Origin: Candidatus Omnitrophota bacterium
Lineage (GTDB): Bacteria; Omnitrophota; Gorgyraeia; 2-01-FULL-45-10
Direction of reading: 5' to 3'
NCBI GenBank assembly: GCA_043798375.1
Contig: JAZDOS010000038.1
Span: forward strand, 1-61,753
Length of the DNA: 61,753 nt
In this document: piece by piece, positions 28,689-37,445 of the stretch
Position numbering within the stretch: position 1 is the first letter of the stretch
How the letters are laid out: each line of letters begins with the position of its first letter
The notes under the pieces: model-generated
The model's database searches: none
The model's input: only the letters and a program-made list of their open reading frames with translations
Told to the model about the DNA's origin: nothing
Translations under genes and position numbers: made by a program

Positions 28689-30160
28689 GCTATGAGACGG
28701 TAATAGGGCTTGAGGTCCACCTGCAGCTCGCGACGAATACAAAGGCCTTCTGCGGCTGTTCGACGAAATTCGGCGCCGAGCCGAATTCGCACACCTGTCC
28801 GGTCTGCCTCGGATTTCCGGGGGCGTTGCCGGTCCTGAATGAACAGGCGTTCCTCTTTTCTATCAAGGTCGCGCTGGCGCTGGATTGTAAGATCCAGGAC
28901 CTTATCAAGTTCGACAGAAAAAATTATTACTATCCGGACCTTCCGAAAAATTTCCAGATATCGCAATACGATATGCCGCTATCCTATAACGGTTCGCTGG
29001 AAATAACCGTAAAAGGCAAAACCAGGAAAAAGATCAGGATCAGGCGCGTTCATCTTGAAGAGGATGCGGGTAAGCTGGTCCATCCCGTTAGAAACTCCGT
29101 TTCTAACGGGATCCATCCCGAAGGCAAGCGCTCGAGCCTCGTCGATTACAATAGGGGCGGTATGCCGCTTCTCGAGATCGTTACGGAGCCGGATATCAAT
29201 TCGCCCGATGAGGCGTATGAATATCTTACGAAGCTGAAATCGATCCTCGGGTACCTCAGGGTTTCCGACTGCGACATGGAGAAAGGGTCGCTCAGATGCG
29301 ACGCCAATATATCGATCAGGCCCGGGGTGTCCGGTAAGCTCGGTACGAAGGTCGAACTCAAGAACATGAATACATTCAAAGGCGTCCGCTCGGCCCTTGA
29401 GCATGAAGTAAACCGGCAGGAATCGATCCTTGAGGGCAAAGGCGAAATTGCGCAGGAGACACGGCTCTGGAACGCCGAGAAAGAGATCACGACGTCGATG
29501 CGCACCAAAGAAGAAGCCGAGGACTACAGGTATTTCCCTGAGCCCGATCTCGTGCCGTTTATAGTCGATAAGGATTTGATCGGGCGCGTAAAAGAAAGCC
29601 TCCCCGAACTTCCCGAGGCAAAATTAAACAGATTCGTAAAGGATTTCGGGCTTTCGGAATACGACGCCAATGTCCTGACAAGCCAGATAGACATAGCCGA
29701 TTATTTCGAAGAATGCGCCGGGCTCTATCCGAACAGAAAAACCATATCCAACTGGGTCACCGGCGAGATTTTGGCGGTATTGAACGATAAATTTATCGGA
29801 ATCAGGGACATGAAGCTCCCGCCGCGCGGCCTTGCGGAGCTGTTGAAGATGATCGATGAAGGCGCCATAAGCGGGAAGATGGCAAAGGCTATCTTCGCCG
29901 AAGCGGTCGAGACCGGCGCCGGCCCGAAAGAGATCGCCGAAAAGCGCGGCCTTTCCCAGATAAGCGACCGGAAACTGATAGAGGAGATGGTGGAAGCGGT
30001 CATCAGGAGCCAGGCGAAGACCGTCAACGATTACAGGTCGGGTAAATCGAACGCGCTCGCGTTTCTGATCGGCCAGATAATGAAAGAGTCGCGAGGGAAA
30101 GCGAATCCGGCGCTCGTCAACGAAATCCTTAAGAGTAAACTGGAGGGCGGACAAATTTGA
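28685..30160 (+). CDS. gatB: Asp/Glu-tRNA amidotransferase subunit B
   Basis: [39 protein letters not shown]. Confidence 0.96.
   Translation: MSYETVIGLEVHLQLATNTKAFCGCSTKFGAEPNSHTCPVCLGFPGALPVLNEQAFLFSIKVALALDCKIQDLIKFDRKNYYYPDLPKNFQISQYDMPLSYNGSLEITVKGKTRKKIRIRRVHLEEDAGKLVHPVRNSVSNGIHPEGKRSSLVDYNRGGMPLLEIVTEPDINSPDEAYEYLTKLKSILGYLRVSDCDMEKGSLRCDANISIRPGVSGKLGTKVELKNMNTFKGVRSALEHEVNRQESILEGKGEIAQETRLWNAEKEITTSMRTKEEAEDYRYFPEPDLVPFIVDKDLIGRVKESLPELPEAKLNRFVKDFGLSEYDANVLTSQIDIADYFEECAGLYPNRKTISNWVTGEILAVLNDKFIGIRDMKLPPRGLAELLKMIDEGAISGKMAKAIFAEAVETGAGPKEIAEKRGLSQISDRKLIEEMVEAVIRSQAKTVNDYRSGKSNALAFLIGQIMKESRGKANPALVNEILKSKLEGGQI
29083..29111. mobile_element. CCCGTTAGA mini-element, copy 3 (29 bp, in frame in gatB)
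   Basis: TCCCGTTAGAAAC-TCC-GTTTCTAACGGGA; TCCA duplicated at 29079-29082 and 29112-29115. Confidence 0.85.
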
Positions 30161-31464
30161 AACTGAATGACAGGAGAACGAAAGTTTTTATCTTTGCCGC
30201 TCTTCTTGTTCTTGTCTCGCCGCTCGCATTAAGCGGCGGCTCCGATAACACTAAGGACAAAAACGTTAAAGTAAAAACAAAAGAGAACCTTTACGGGCAG
30301 CTCGAATTGTTTGCCGACGCGGTAAGCCTCGTAAAGAGCGACTACGTCGATGAAGTCGAATCGAAGAAACTGATGTACGGCGCGATGAATGGAATGCTTT
30401 CGTCGCTCGATGATTACAGCGCGTTCATGGAGCCGGACGAGTTCAAAGAGATAAAAGAGGAGGCAAAAGGCGAATTCGGCGGGATCGGCATCGAAATCTC
30501 GTATAAAGACGGGATTCCGGCCGTGATCACCCCTATAGTCGGCACGCCCGCGGAAAGAGCCGGCATACAGCCCGGCGACAGGATCGTCAAGATCGACGGA
30601 AAGTCCACGAGGGATATCGCGTTGAATGATGCCGTTAAAATTCTTCGCGGTCCTCCCGGCACATCGGTAACGATCACCGTGTGGAGGGAGAAGGACCAGT
30701 TGGTGCTCGACATACCGATAAGACGCGCTATGATAAAGATACGCAGCATAAGGAAAGCAGAGTTTATCGAAGATAAGATCGGATATATAAAACTCGTCGA
30801 GTTTCAGGAAAATACGCCGCGCGACCTCGAAGAGGCGTTGAAGAAACTCGAATCCCGGGGCATGACGGCGCTCATACTCGACCTGCGGTATAATCCGGGC
30901 GGGCTGCTCGACGTTGCGGTGGACGTTGCCGAAAAATTTATACCGAAGGATAAAATCATCGTCTCGCTGAAGTCGCGGAACGCCGAACAGAACGCGGTCT
31001 TTAAGTCGAGCGGCAAGCTGTGTCACCCCGATTATCCGCTCGTGGTGATGGTGAACGAAGGTTCCGCGAGCGCTTCCGAGATCGTGGCCGGCGCGATCCA
31101 GGATAATTCGCGCGGGATAGTGCTTGGCCGGAAGACGTTCGGCAAGGCGTCGGTCCAATCGGTAATCCCCATGAAGGATGGTTCGGCGCTCCGGCTTACC
31201 TCGGCGTTGTATTATACGCCGAGCGGCAAACTGATACGAAGCCTGGGCATATCGCCCGATGTTGTGGTCGAGAGGGAAAATCTCACGGCGAAGAAGAAGG
31301 CCGGGCCGGAAGAAATTTTCGAAAAAGCGGAAAAGAACCGGAAGGGCGCGGTAAAAAGAGAGGAAGATCTCTCGGATGAAAAAGACGAAAGGGATAACCA
31401 GCTCGAGATGGCGGTCAATCTGATAAAAGCGATGAGTATCTATAAGTCGAAGGAATTGCGATGA
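30157..31464 (+). CDS. ctpA: Carboxy-terminal processing protease (S41, CtpA-like)
   Basis: PDZ GGIGI, DLRYNPGG, SASASEI, TFGKASVQ. Confidence 0.9.
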   Translation: MKLNDRRTKVFIFAALLVLVSPLALSGGSDNTKDKNVKVKTKENLYGQLELFADAVSLVKSDYVDEVESKKLMYGAMNGMLSSLDDYSAFMEPDEFKEIKEEAKGEFGGIGIEISYKDGIPAVITPIVGTPAERAGIQPGDRIVKIDGKSTRDIALNDAVKILRGPPGTSVTITVWREKDQLVLDIPIRRAMIKIRSIRKAEFIEDKIGYIKLVEFQENTPRDLEEALKKLESRGMTALILDLRYNPGGLLDVAVDVAEKFIPKDKIIVSLKSRNAEQNAVFKSSGKLCHPDYPLVVMVNEGSASASEIVAGAIQDNSRGIVLGRKTFGKASVQSVIPMKDGSALRLTSALYYTPSGKLIRSLGISPDVVVERENLTAKKKAGPEEIFEKAEKNRKGAVKREEDLSDEKDERDNQLEMAVNLIKAMSIYKSKELR

Positions 31465-31465
31465 A

Positions 31466-31564
31466 CCCCGTTAGACCTTTTGATAAATATATTCTTTATA
31501 GGTATAAAAGGTATTATATATGAACATATACTTTAACCATATAATAAAGAGGGGTCTAACGGGG
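31466..31564. mobile_element. CCCCGTTAGA mini-element, copy 4 (99 bp, AT-rich interior)
   Basis: 12-bp TIR CCCCGTTAGACC/GGTCTAACGGGG; TGAA duplicated at 31462-31465 and 31565-31568. Confidence 0.85.
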
Positions 31565-32379
31565 TGAAGCCCAGGATAATTATAGCAGCCGTTTCGATAT
31601 TGGGCGTAATTTTAATCGCCGGGCTTTTTTTTTGGCTCGGCCGGGAAACGCGGCGGCCGCCGAAAATAGCCGAAAAGAAAGCCGCAAAAGTAACGGCGCC
31701 TGTACCTAAGGCCGCGAAACGCGCGAAGGTAGCGATAGTGATGGACGATTTCGGGTACAACATGAATGATCTCGATACGCTATTTTCCATCAATGAGCCG
31801 ATAACGCTGTCGATACTGCCCAGCCTGAGATACTCGAAGACGATCGCGGAATATGCCCGCGGCCGCGGTTACGAGGTTATCCTGCACCTTCCTCTTGAGC
31901 CGCACAGAAAAGATGTGAAAGAAGAGGCCGATACGATCAGATCCGGGATGGCCGATACCGAGATCGTCTCAAGGCTCGCGAAAGAGATTGAGAGTGTGCC
32001 GGGGGCAAGCGGCGTCTCCAACCACATGGGTTCGAAATCTACGGAAGATAAAGAGCTGATGGCGGCCATATTCAGGTATCTGAAGAACCGCCGCCTCTAT
32101 TTTTTTGACAGCCTGACCTCGGAAAAATCCGTATGCCGGGAAACTGCCGAAGCGGCCGGACTGAAATATGCCAGACGGGATATATTTCTGGATAATACGG
32201 ACAGGCGCGAATACATCGAGAAACAGCTTGCGGCTCTCAAAAGGATGGCTCTTAGAAAAGGCCGCGCCATAGCGGTCTGCCATGACAAAAAATTCACGAT
32301 AGCGGCGCTCGCGAAAATGATGCCTCAGATGGCGAAAGACGGCATCGAATTCGTAACGCTTTCGGATATGGTGCGGTGA
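31564..32379 (+). CDS. Divergent polysaccharide deacetylase (YibQ-like)
   Basis: AIVMDDFG, HLPLEP, NHMGS, FFDSLT, RDIFLD; follows the S41 protease. Confidence 0.88.
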   Translation: MKPRIIIAAVSILGVILIAGLFFWLGRETRRPPKIAEKKAAKVTAPVPKAAKRAKVAIVMDDFGYNMNDLDTLFSINEPITLSILPSLRYSKTIAEYARGRGYEVILHLPLEPHRKDVKEEADTIRSGMADTEIVSRLAKEIESVPGASGVSNHMGSKSTEDKELMAAIFRYLKNRRLYFFDSLTSEKSVCRETAEAAGLKYARRDIFLDNTDRREYIEKQLAALKRMALRKGRAIAVCHDKKFTIAALAKMMPQMAKDGIEFVTLSDMVR

Positions 32380-33428
32380 TGCTTACGCTCGGCATAGAGA
32401 CATCCTGCGACGAGACGAGCGTCTCGGTTACCAGGGGCGTGAAAGTTCTTTCGAATATCGTGACCTCGAGCGTCCATCTTCACAAGAAGTATGGCGGCGT
32501 GGTGCCTGAGATAGCGTCGAGATACCACGTCGAATTTATAATAGAGGTGCTTAAGGCGGCGTTAAAGAGTTCGAAAAAAGATTTGGACGATATGAAGCTC
32601 GTGGCAGTCACGAACGGCCCGGGATTGGTAGGCGCGCTTCTTGTCGGCATATCTCTGGCAAAATCGATCAGCTATAGCCTGGGGCTTCCCATTATAGGCG
32701 TCAATCATATACTGGCGCATCTTTACAGCTCGTTTCTGAACCCCGTTAGAAAAAAGTTTTCTAACGGGGTGAACGAAAGCGATAAACCGAAGTTTCCTTT
32801 TGTGGGGCTCGTGGTTTCCGGCGGGCACACGGCTTTATTTCACTGCGAAAGGGTGGGAAGAGAGAGGCTTCTCGGCCAGACGCAGGACGACGCCGTGGGC
32901 GAGGCGTACGATAAGGTCGCCAAACTCTTAGGGCTCGGGTATCCGGGCGGGCCGGTAATCGAGAAAATGGCAAGGCAGGCGAAGGGATTAAATAAGATAA
33001 ATTTCCCGAAAAGCTACCTCGGAAAAGATTCGCTCGATTTCAGTTTCAGCGGAATCAAGACGGCGGTTCTTTATTATGTAAATAAATTACGCATTACGCA
33101 TTACGCATTACGCATTACGGATATTGCCGACATCTGCCGCGCGTTCCAGGAAGCCGCCCTCGATGTCCTGGTCGAAAAGGCGATATTGGCCGGCCGGATC
33201 ACGGATTGTTCCAGGATAGTGGCGGGCGGAGGTGTTGCCGCGAACACCAGGCTCAGGGAGAAGCTCGGGGCGGCATGCGAATTTTCTTCTATGAATTTAC
33301 ATTTTCCTGAGTTAAAATACTGTCTGGACAATGCCGCGATGGTGGGAGCGCTTGGAGAAGAGCTTTACAGGCTTGGCCTTAAGTCGGACTTGTATTTAAG
33401 CGCCGAGCCAAATCTTAACATAAGTTAA
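32379..33428 (+). CDS. tsaD: tRNA N6-threonylcarbamoyltransferase
   Basis: GIETSCDET, GGVVPEIASR, HILAH, VSGGHT, DDAVGEAYDK, FSFSGIKT, DNAAM. Confidence 0.96.
   Translation: MLTLGIETSCDETSVSVTRGVKVLSNIVTSSVHLHKKYGGVVPEIASRYHVEFIIEVLKAALKSSKKDLDDMKLVAVTNGPGLVGALLVGISLAKSISYSLGLPIIGVNHILAHLYSSFLNPVRKKFSNGVNESDKPKFPFVGLVVSGGHTALFHCERVGRERLLGQTQDDAVGEAYDKVAKLLGLGYPGGPVIEKMARQAKGLNKINFPKSYLGKDSLDFSFSGIKTAVLYYVNKLRITHYALRITDIADICRAFQEAALDVLVEKAILAGRITDCSRIVAGGGVAANTRLREKLGAACEFSSMNLHFPELKYCLDNAAMVGALGEELYRLGLKSDLYLSAEPNLNIS
32741..32769. mobile_element. CCCCGTTAGA mini-element, copy 5 (29 bp, in frame in tsaD)
   Basis: CCCCGTTAGAAAA-AAG-TTTTCTAACGGGG; TGAA duplicated at 32737-32740 and 32770-32773. 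Confidence 0.88.
33086..33120. repeat. In-frame heptamer tract (ATTACGC)4 ATTACGG in tsaD
   Basis: Read directly; encodes LRITHYALRIT. Confidence 0.9.
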
Positions 33429-33473
33429 AAGGCAAAAGTAAAAAGGTAAAAGTTCAATGCAAAATGCAAAAGT
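33426..33473. repeat. Heptamer array left of the four-helix-bundle gene
   Basis: TAAAAGG CAAAAGT AAAAAGG TAAAAGT ... CAAAATG CAAAAGT. Confidence 0.75.
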
Positions 33474-33816
33474 TTTTGATATAAAAGAAAGGACATTGTT
33501 ATTTTCCTTAGAGATTGTTAAATTTTTGGAGTCTTTCCCAAAAACTTATATTGCCGACACTATTGGTAAGCAATTGCTGAGGAGCGCTACTTCGATCGGC
33601 GCAAATATTGTAGAGGCCCAGGCCGCCCCATCCAAGAAAGACTTTACAAATTTTTATAATATATCTTTAAAGTCGGCAAATGAGACTAAATATTGGCTGG
33701 CATTATGGGGAAAAATATTAAGAGATAGAAATACGGATATTGAAAAACTGCAGAAAGAAGTTGACGAAATCTCGCGAATTTTAGCAAAAAGTATTCTAAC
33801 CATAAAAGGTAGGTAA
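33457..33816 (+). CDS. Four helix bundle protein (TIGR02436 / 23S rRNA IVP-like family)
   Basis: KQLLRSATSIGANIVEAQ, SKKDF, SLKSANETKYWL signature; AT-rich. Confidence 0.88.
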   Translation: MQNAKVFDIKERTLLFSLEIVKFLESFPKTYIADTIGKQLLRSATSIGANIVEAQAAPSKKDFTNFYNISLKSANETKYWLALWGKILRDRNTDIEKLQKEVDEISRILAKSILTIKGR

Positions 33817-33870
33817 ATTTTTACTTTTACTTTGTGGTTTTACCTTTTGACTTTTACCTTTTGAATTTTA
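33817..33870. repeat. Inverted heptamer array right of the four-helix-bundle gene
   Basis: CCTTTTG ACTTTTA CCTTTTG AATTTTA, the reverse complement of the left array type. Confidence 0.75.
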
Positions 33871-33887
33871 TATCTGGAGGTAAACCG

Positions 33888-34559
33888 ATGCTGAATGAGT
33901 GGATCATCGTATTCCGGTTAGTGCTGGCGGCGGTTTTGAGCGGGATGATCGGTTTCGAACGCGAATTCCACGGCCGCGCGGCGGGTTTCAGGACTCATAT
34001 CTTATTATGCATCGGATCGACGCTCGTCATGCTGACCTCGATGCACATCTTCGATATCTATTATACGAGGGTTGCCGTCGATCCCGGCAGGATCGCGGCG
34101 GGCGTCGTGACGGGCATAGGGTTCCTGGGCGCCGGCGCTATAATACATTCAAGGTCGTCCATAAAAGGGCTTACTACCGCGGCGAGCCTCTGGGTCGTCG
34201 CAGGCATAGGCCTCGGAGTCGGGTCGGGTCTGTATCTGGGCTCGATAATTACGACGATCCTTACCCTCATAGCGCTCATGTTATTTTCCCGCATCGAACA
34301 TTCGATGATCAGAAAAGACTGGTACAGGACGATCGTGATCGATACCAGGGACGGCGCGGACCAGTTAAAGGCCATACGGGAAACGCTGGCCGAATACAGG
34401 AACGAGATTACGGACTTTGAGGCTGACAGGGCAAAAGACAGCCCGAACATGGTGTTGAAGCTGGGCCTCAAGCTTTATGAGCCGCGGCTGGCGGAGAATA
34501 TTCTGGAGGATATCGGCCGTTTAGACGGCGTGAAGAGTGTGAGATGGCAGATAGAATAG
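33888..34559 (+). CDS. MgtC/SapB family membrane protein
   Basis: IGFERE, AGFRTH, DPGRIAAGVVTGIGFLGAGAI, GLTTAASLW; GGAGG RBS. Confidence 0.9.
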   Translation: MLNEWIIVFRLVLAAVLSGMIGFEREFHGRAAGFRTHILLCIGSTLVMLTSMHIFDIYYTRVAVDPGRIAAGVVTGIGFLGAGAIIHSRSSIKGLTTAASLWVVAGIGLGVGSGLYLGSIITTILTLIALMLFSRIEHSMIRKDWYRTIVIDTRDGADQLKAIRETLAEYRNEITDFEADRAKDSPNMVLKLGLKLYEPRLAENILEDIGRLDGVKSVRWQIE

Positions 34560-34569
34560 GGGGTGCGAT

Positions 34570-35109
34570 ATGATGGGAAAGAGAGATAGGAAGCATGAGC
34601 ATGACAGGATTCTGGATGTGGATGCGTCGATGCAGGGCTCCCTTGTATTTAAGGATCCCGTTAACCTTAAGATTAACGGAAGGTTTGAAGGCACGCTTAA
34701 CACCAAGGGAAACCTTATGATAGGCGAGCACGCGGCCGTAAACGCCGATATAATCGGCGACTCTGTAATTATCGCCGGAAAAGTCAACGGGAACGTCTAC
34801 GCGGCCAAAGAATTGAAGCTGATAGCGCCCGGCTGCGTAGTCGGCGACATAAGGGCGCCGCTCCTCTCCATCGCCGAGGGCGCCGTATTCGAGGGGCGGT
34901 GCAGCATGCTCGCGAAGTCAAAGTCCGAAGAGGCCCACAGGACGAATATGATGTCGGCCGAAGAACTTGCCAAATACCTGGAAGTGGAAGTGGGCGTCGT
35001 TTCCGAATGGGCCACGTCCGGGAAGCTGCCCGGCATGAAGGAAGGGGATTCCTGGAGGTTCGACCGCTCAAGGATCGACGAATGGGTCGCGGACGGGAAG
35101 ATTAAATAG
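34570..35109 (+). CDS. Bactofilin domain fused to an excisionase-type HTH (HTH_17)
   Basis: Bactofilin beta-helix (INGRFEG..., IAEGAVFEG) followed by MSAEELAKYL...GKLPG.K.G.SWRF. Confidence 0.8.
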   Translation: MMGKRDRKHEHDRILDVDASMQGSLVFKDPVNLKINGRFEGTLNTKGNLMIGEHAAVNADIIGDSVIIAGKVNGNVYAAKELKLIAPGCVVGDIRAPLLSIAEGAVFEGRCSMLAKSKSEEAHRTNMMSAEELAKYLEVEVGVVSEWATSGKLPGMKEGDSWRFDRSRIDEWVADGKIK

Positions 35110-35114
35110 GGACT

Positions 35115-35504
35115 ATGCCCGAGAAATTACTCAGCATAAAGGAAGTGGCGGACTATCTTAAGATATCCGAGGAGGAAGTAAAGCGCCTCGTCGATGTGGG
35201 GGAGATTCCCGCCTATAAGATAGGCGATACCTTCTTAAGGTTCAGGAAAGAGCATATCGACGCCATAAGGCGGGAGGTTTCGGAGTTCGAAGAGAAAGAA
35301 GCTGATGCCGTCCGCGTTAAGGAAGCCGGGCATGAACATCCCTATACGGATCTCGAGAGAGACATTAAGAGAAAAGAGCCCGTTACACGGCAGTATGACT
35401 ATACGCTATCCGAGCGGGTAAGGGATTTTTTCTATTTTAACGACTTCTATATACTTTGTCTTATTATAATAGCAGTATTAATGTATCTCATCTTTAAATC
35501 TTAA
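35115..35504 (+). CDS. Excisionase-type HTH protein with C-terminal TM helix
   Basis: LLSIKEVADYL...GEIPAYKIG..LRF; hydrophobic C-terminus. Confidence 0.78.
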   Translation: MPEKLLSIKEVADYLKISEEEVKRLVDVGEIPAYKIGDTFLRFRKEHIDAIRREVSEFEEKEADAVRVKEAGHEHPYTDLERDIKRKEPVTRQYDYTLSERVRDFFYFNDFYILCLIIIAVLMYLIFKS

Positions 35505-35514
35505 GACGCGCGAG

Positions 35515-36255
35515 ATGACCGATACCATACTCAGGACATTGCGGGATTTCAAATCAGGGCGCATATCCATCAAAAAAGCCGTCAGTAATTTTATCGACCT
35601 CCCGTATAAGGATCTCGGTTTTGCCAAAGTGGATAACCACAGGCATTTGAGAAGGGGATTCCCCGAAGTCATTTTCGGTAAATCCAAGACGATAGGCCAG
35701 ATAATAAAGATCGCAAGGCGCATAATCTCCCATGACGGCATACTACTGATAACGCGCGCCGATGGAAAAACCTTTCGTAAACTTAAAAAGATATTTCCCA
35801 AAACAAGATACCATAAATCAGCGAACATAATAAGCTATAGAAAAAATCAGCCCGTCCCGAAAAAGGGGACGGTTCTCGTAATAACGGCGGGCACCGCCGA
35901 TATGCCCGTCGCCGAAGAGGCGAGGGTGACGCTTGAGCTGATGGGGAACAGGGCTGAAATGTTATACGATGTCGGGGTGGCGGGTATCCACAGGGTTCTT
36001 GATAAAAGAGATCTTCTTGAAAAGGCGAAAGTCATCATAGTGATAGCCGGCATGGAGGGCGCGCTCGCGAGCGTCGTAAGCGGGCTCGTCTCAAAGCCTG
36101 TCATCGCGGTTCCGACGAGCGTCGGATACGGCGCGAGCTTCAGGGGGCTGGCGCCGCTTTTGACGATGATGAACTGCTGTTCGCCGGGCGTCGCGGTCGT
36201 GAATATAGACAACGGTTTCGGCGCGGCGTACTTCGCGAGCATGATCAATAGCTAG
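35515..36255 (+). CDS. larB: Nickel-pincer cofactor biosynthesis protein LarB
   Basis: GFPEVIF, AGTAD, DVGVAGIHR, AGMEGALASV, PTSVGYG, NIDNGFGA. Confidence 0.92.
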   Translation: MTDTILRTLRDFKSGRISIKKAVSNFIDLPYKDLGFAKVDNHRHLRRGFPEVIFGKSKTIGQIIKIARRIISHDGILLITRADGKTFRKLKKIFPKTRYHKSANIISYRKNQPVPKKGTVLVITAGTADMPVAEEARVTLELMGNRAEMLYDVGVAGIHRVLDKRDLLEKAKVIIVIAGMEGALASVVSGLVSKPVIAVPTSVGYGASFRGLAPLLTMMNCCSPGVAVVNIDNGFGAAYFASMINS

Positions 36256-36265
36256 GTTGCGTTTT

Positions 36266-37432
36266 ATGAGAATAGCATACTTCGATTGTTTCAGCGGCAT
36301 ATCGGGCGACATGACGATAGGGGCGTTTCTCGACGCGGGCTTAAGTTTCGGGAAACTGTCGAAAGAGCTTTCGAAGCTGAAGATAAAAGGGTACAGGTTA
36401 AAAAAGGCCAGGGTGAAGCGGCAGCAGATTTCCGGCACAAAATTCGACTGCGTAACCGACGGCAGGACCCAAGGACGAAGCGTAAAGGATATTTTATCTA
36501 TTATCGGCAGAAGCGCGCTCAATAGCAGAGTTAAAAATATCGCCGGTTCCATATTTACCAACATAGCGGAAGCTGAAGTAAAGATCCACGGTATAAGATC
36601 AGGGGGCAATACTCATCTTCACGAGCTCGGCGATACGGACTCTATCGTCGATATTGTCGGCGCCGGCATAGCGATCGACGAACTGGGTATAGACAGCGTC
36701 TATGCTTCCGGCATCAGCATGGGAAGGGGTTTCGTAAAGGCGAGGCACGGCGTATTGCCGATTCCGTCTCCCGCCAGCCTGGAACTTTTAAAGGGCGTTC
36801 CCGTGGAGATGTCGGAAATAGGCGCGGAGCTGGTAACGCCGACAGGCGCGGGTATCCTCAAGACGCTTGCGAAGGGCTTCGGCCGCATGCCGCGGATGGA
36901 AATCGATAAAATAGGCTACGGCGCCGGATCCAGGGAATTGAACGGCCGGCCCAACATGTTGAGGGTTTTCATCGGCGAGGGCCGGCGCGCCTTCGCGGAA
37001 GACAGAATATCCGTCATAGAGACGAATATAGACGACATGAACCCGCAGAATTTCGAATATCTTTTCGAGAAATTATTTAAGGAAGGAGCGCTGGACGTTT
37101 ATACGACCTCCGTCCAGATGAAGAAGTCGCGGCCGGGGATTCTGCTTACGGTTTTAGCAAAAACCAAAGATTTAAATACCCTCTCATCCGTGATATTCAG
37201 CGAGACGACGACTACGGGACTCAGGATATACGACGCCGACAGGTTTGTGCTCGAGCGGAAATTTACCACCGTCAAGACGAAATACGGAAGGGTGAAGGTT
37301 AAGATATCGCGCGCACCCGGCGGGATCGTTACGTCATCGCCCGAATACGACGAATGCGTCAGAATAGCGCGCGCCGGCAAGGTTCCGTTAAAGGTTGTCT
37401 ACGACGAAGCGAAAAGCGCGGTTAAGGTTTAA
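36266..37432 (+). CDS. larC: Nickel insertion protein LarC
   Basis: DCFSGISGDM, HLHELG, ELVTPTGA, ETNIDD, MKKSRPG, PEYDEC. Confidence 0.92.
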   Translation: MRIAYFDCFSGISGDMTIGAFLDAGLSFGKLSKELSKLKIKGYRLKKARVKRQQISGTKFDCVTDGRTQGRSVKDILSIIGRSALNSRVKNIAGSIFTNIAEAEVKIHGIRSGGNTHLHELGDTDSIVDIVGAGIAIDELGIDSVYASGISMGRGFVKARHGVLPIPSPASLELLKGVPVEMSEIGAELVTPTGAGILKTLAKGFGRMPRMEIDKIGYGAGSRELNGRPNMLRVFIGEGRRAFAEDRISVIETNIDDMNPQNFEYLFEKLFKEGALDVYTTSVQMKKSRPGILLTVLAKTKDLNTLSSVIFSETTTTGLRIYDADRFVLERKFTTVKTKYGRVKVKISRAPGGIVTSSPEYDECVRIARAGKVPLKVVYDEAKSAVKV

Positions 37433-37445
37433 CCGAAAGACAGAT

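Noticed and set aside
18238-32769. CCCCGTTAGA copies as transcription-factor sites or terminators
   Set aside because: Spacing between arms varies from 3 to 75 nt, two copies lie mid-gene as extra codons, there are no U-tails, and 4-bp duplications flank every copy.
33457-33816. Diversity-generating retroelement (Avd-like protein)
   Set aside because: No reverse transcriptase and no TR/VR pair with adenine-specific mismatches in the window. The 75-bp kinase repeat also differs at non-A positions.
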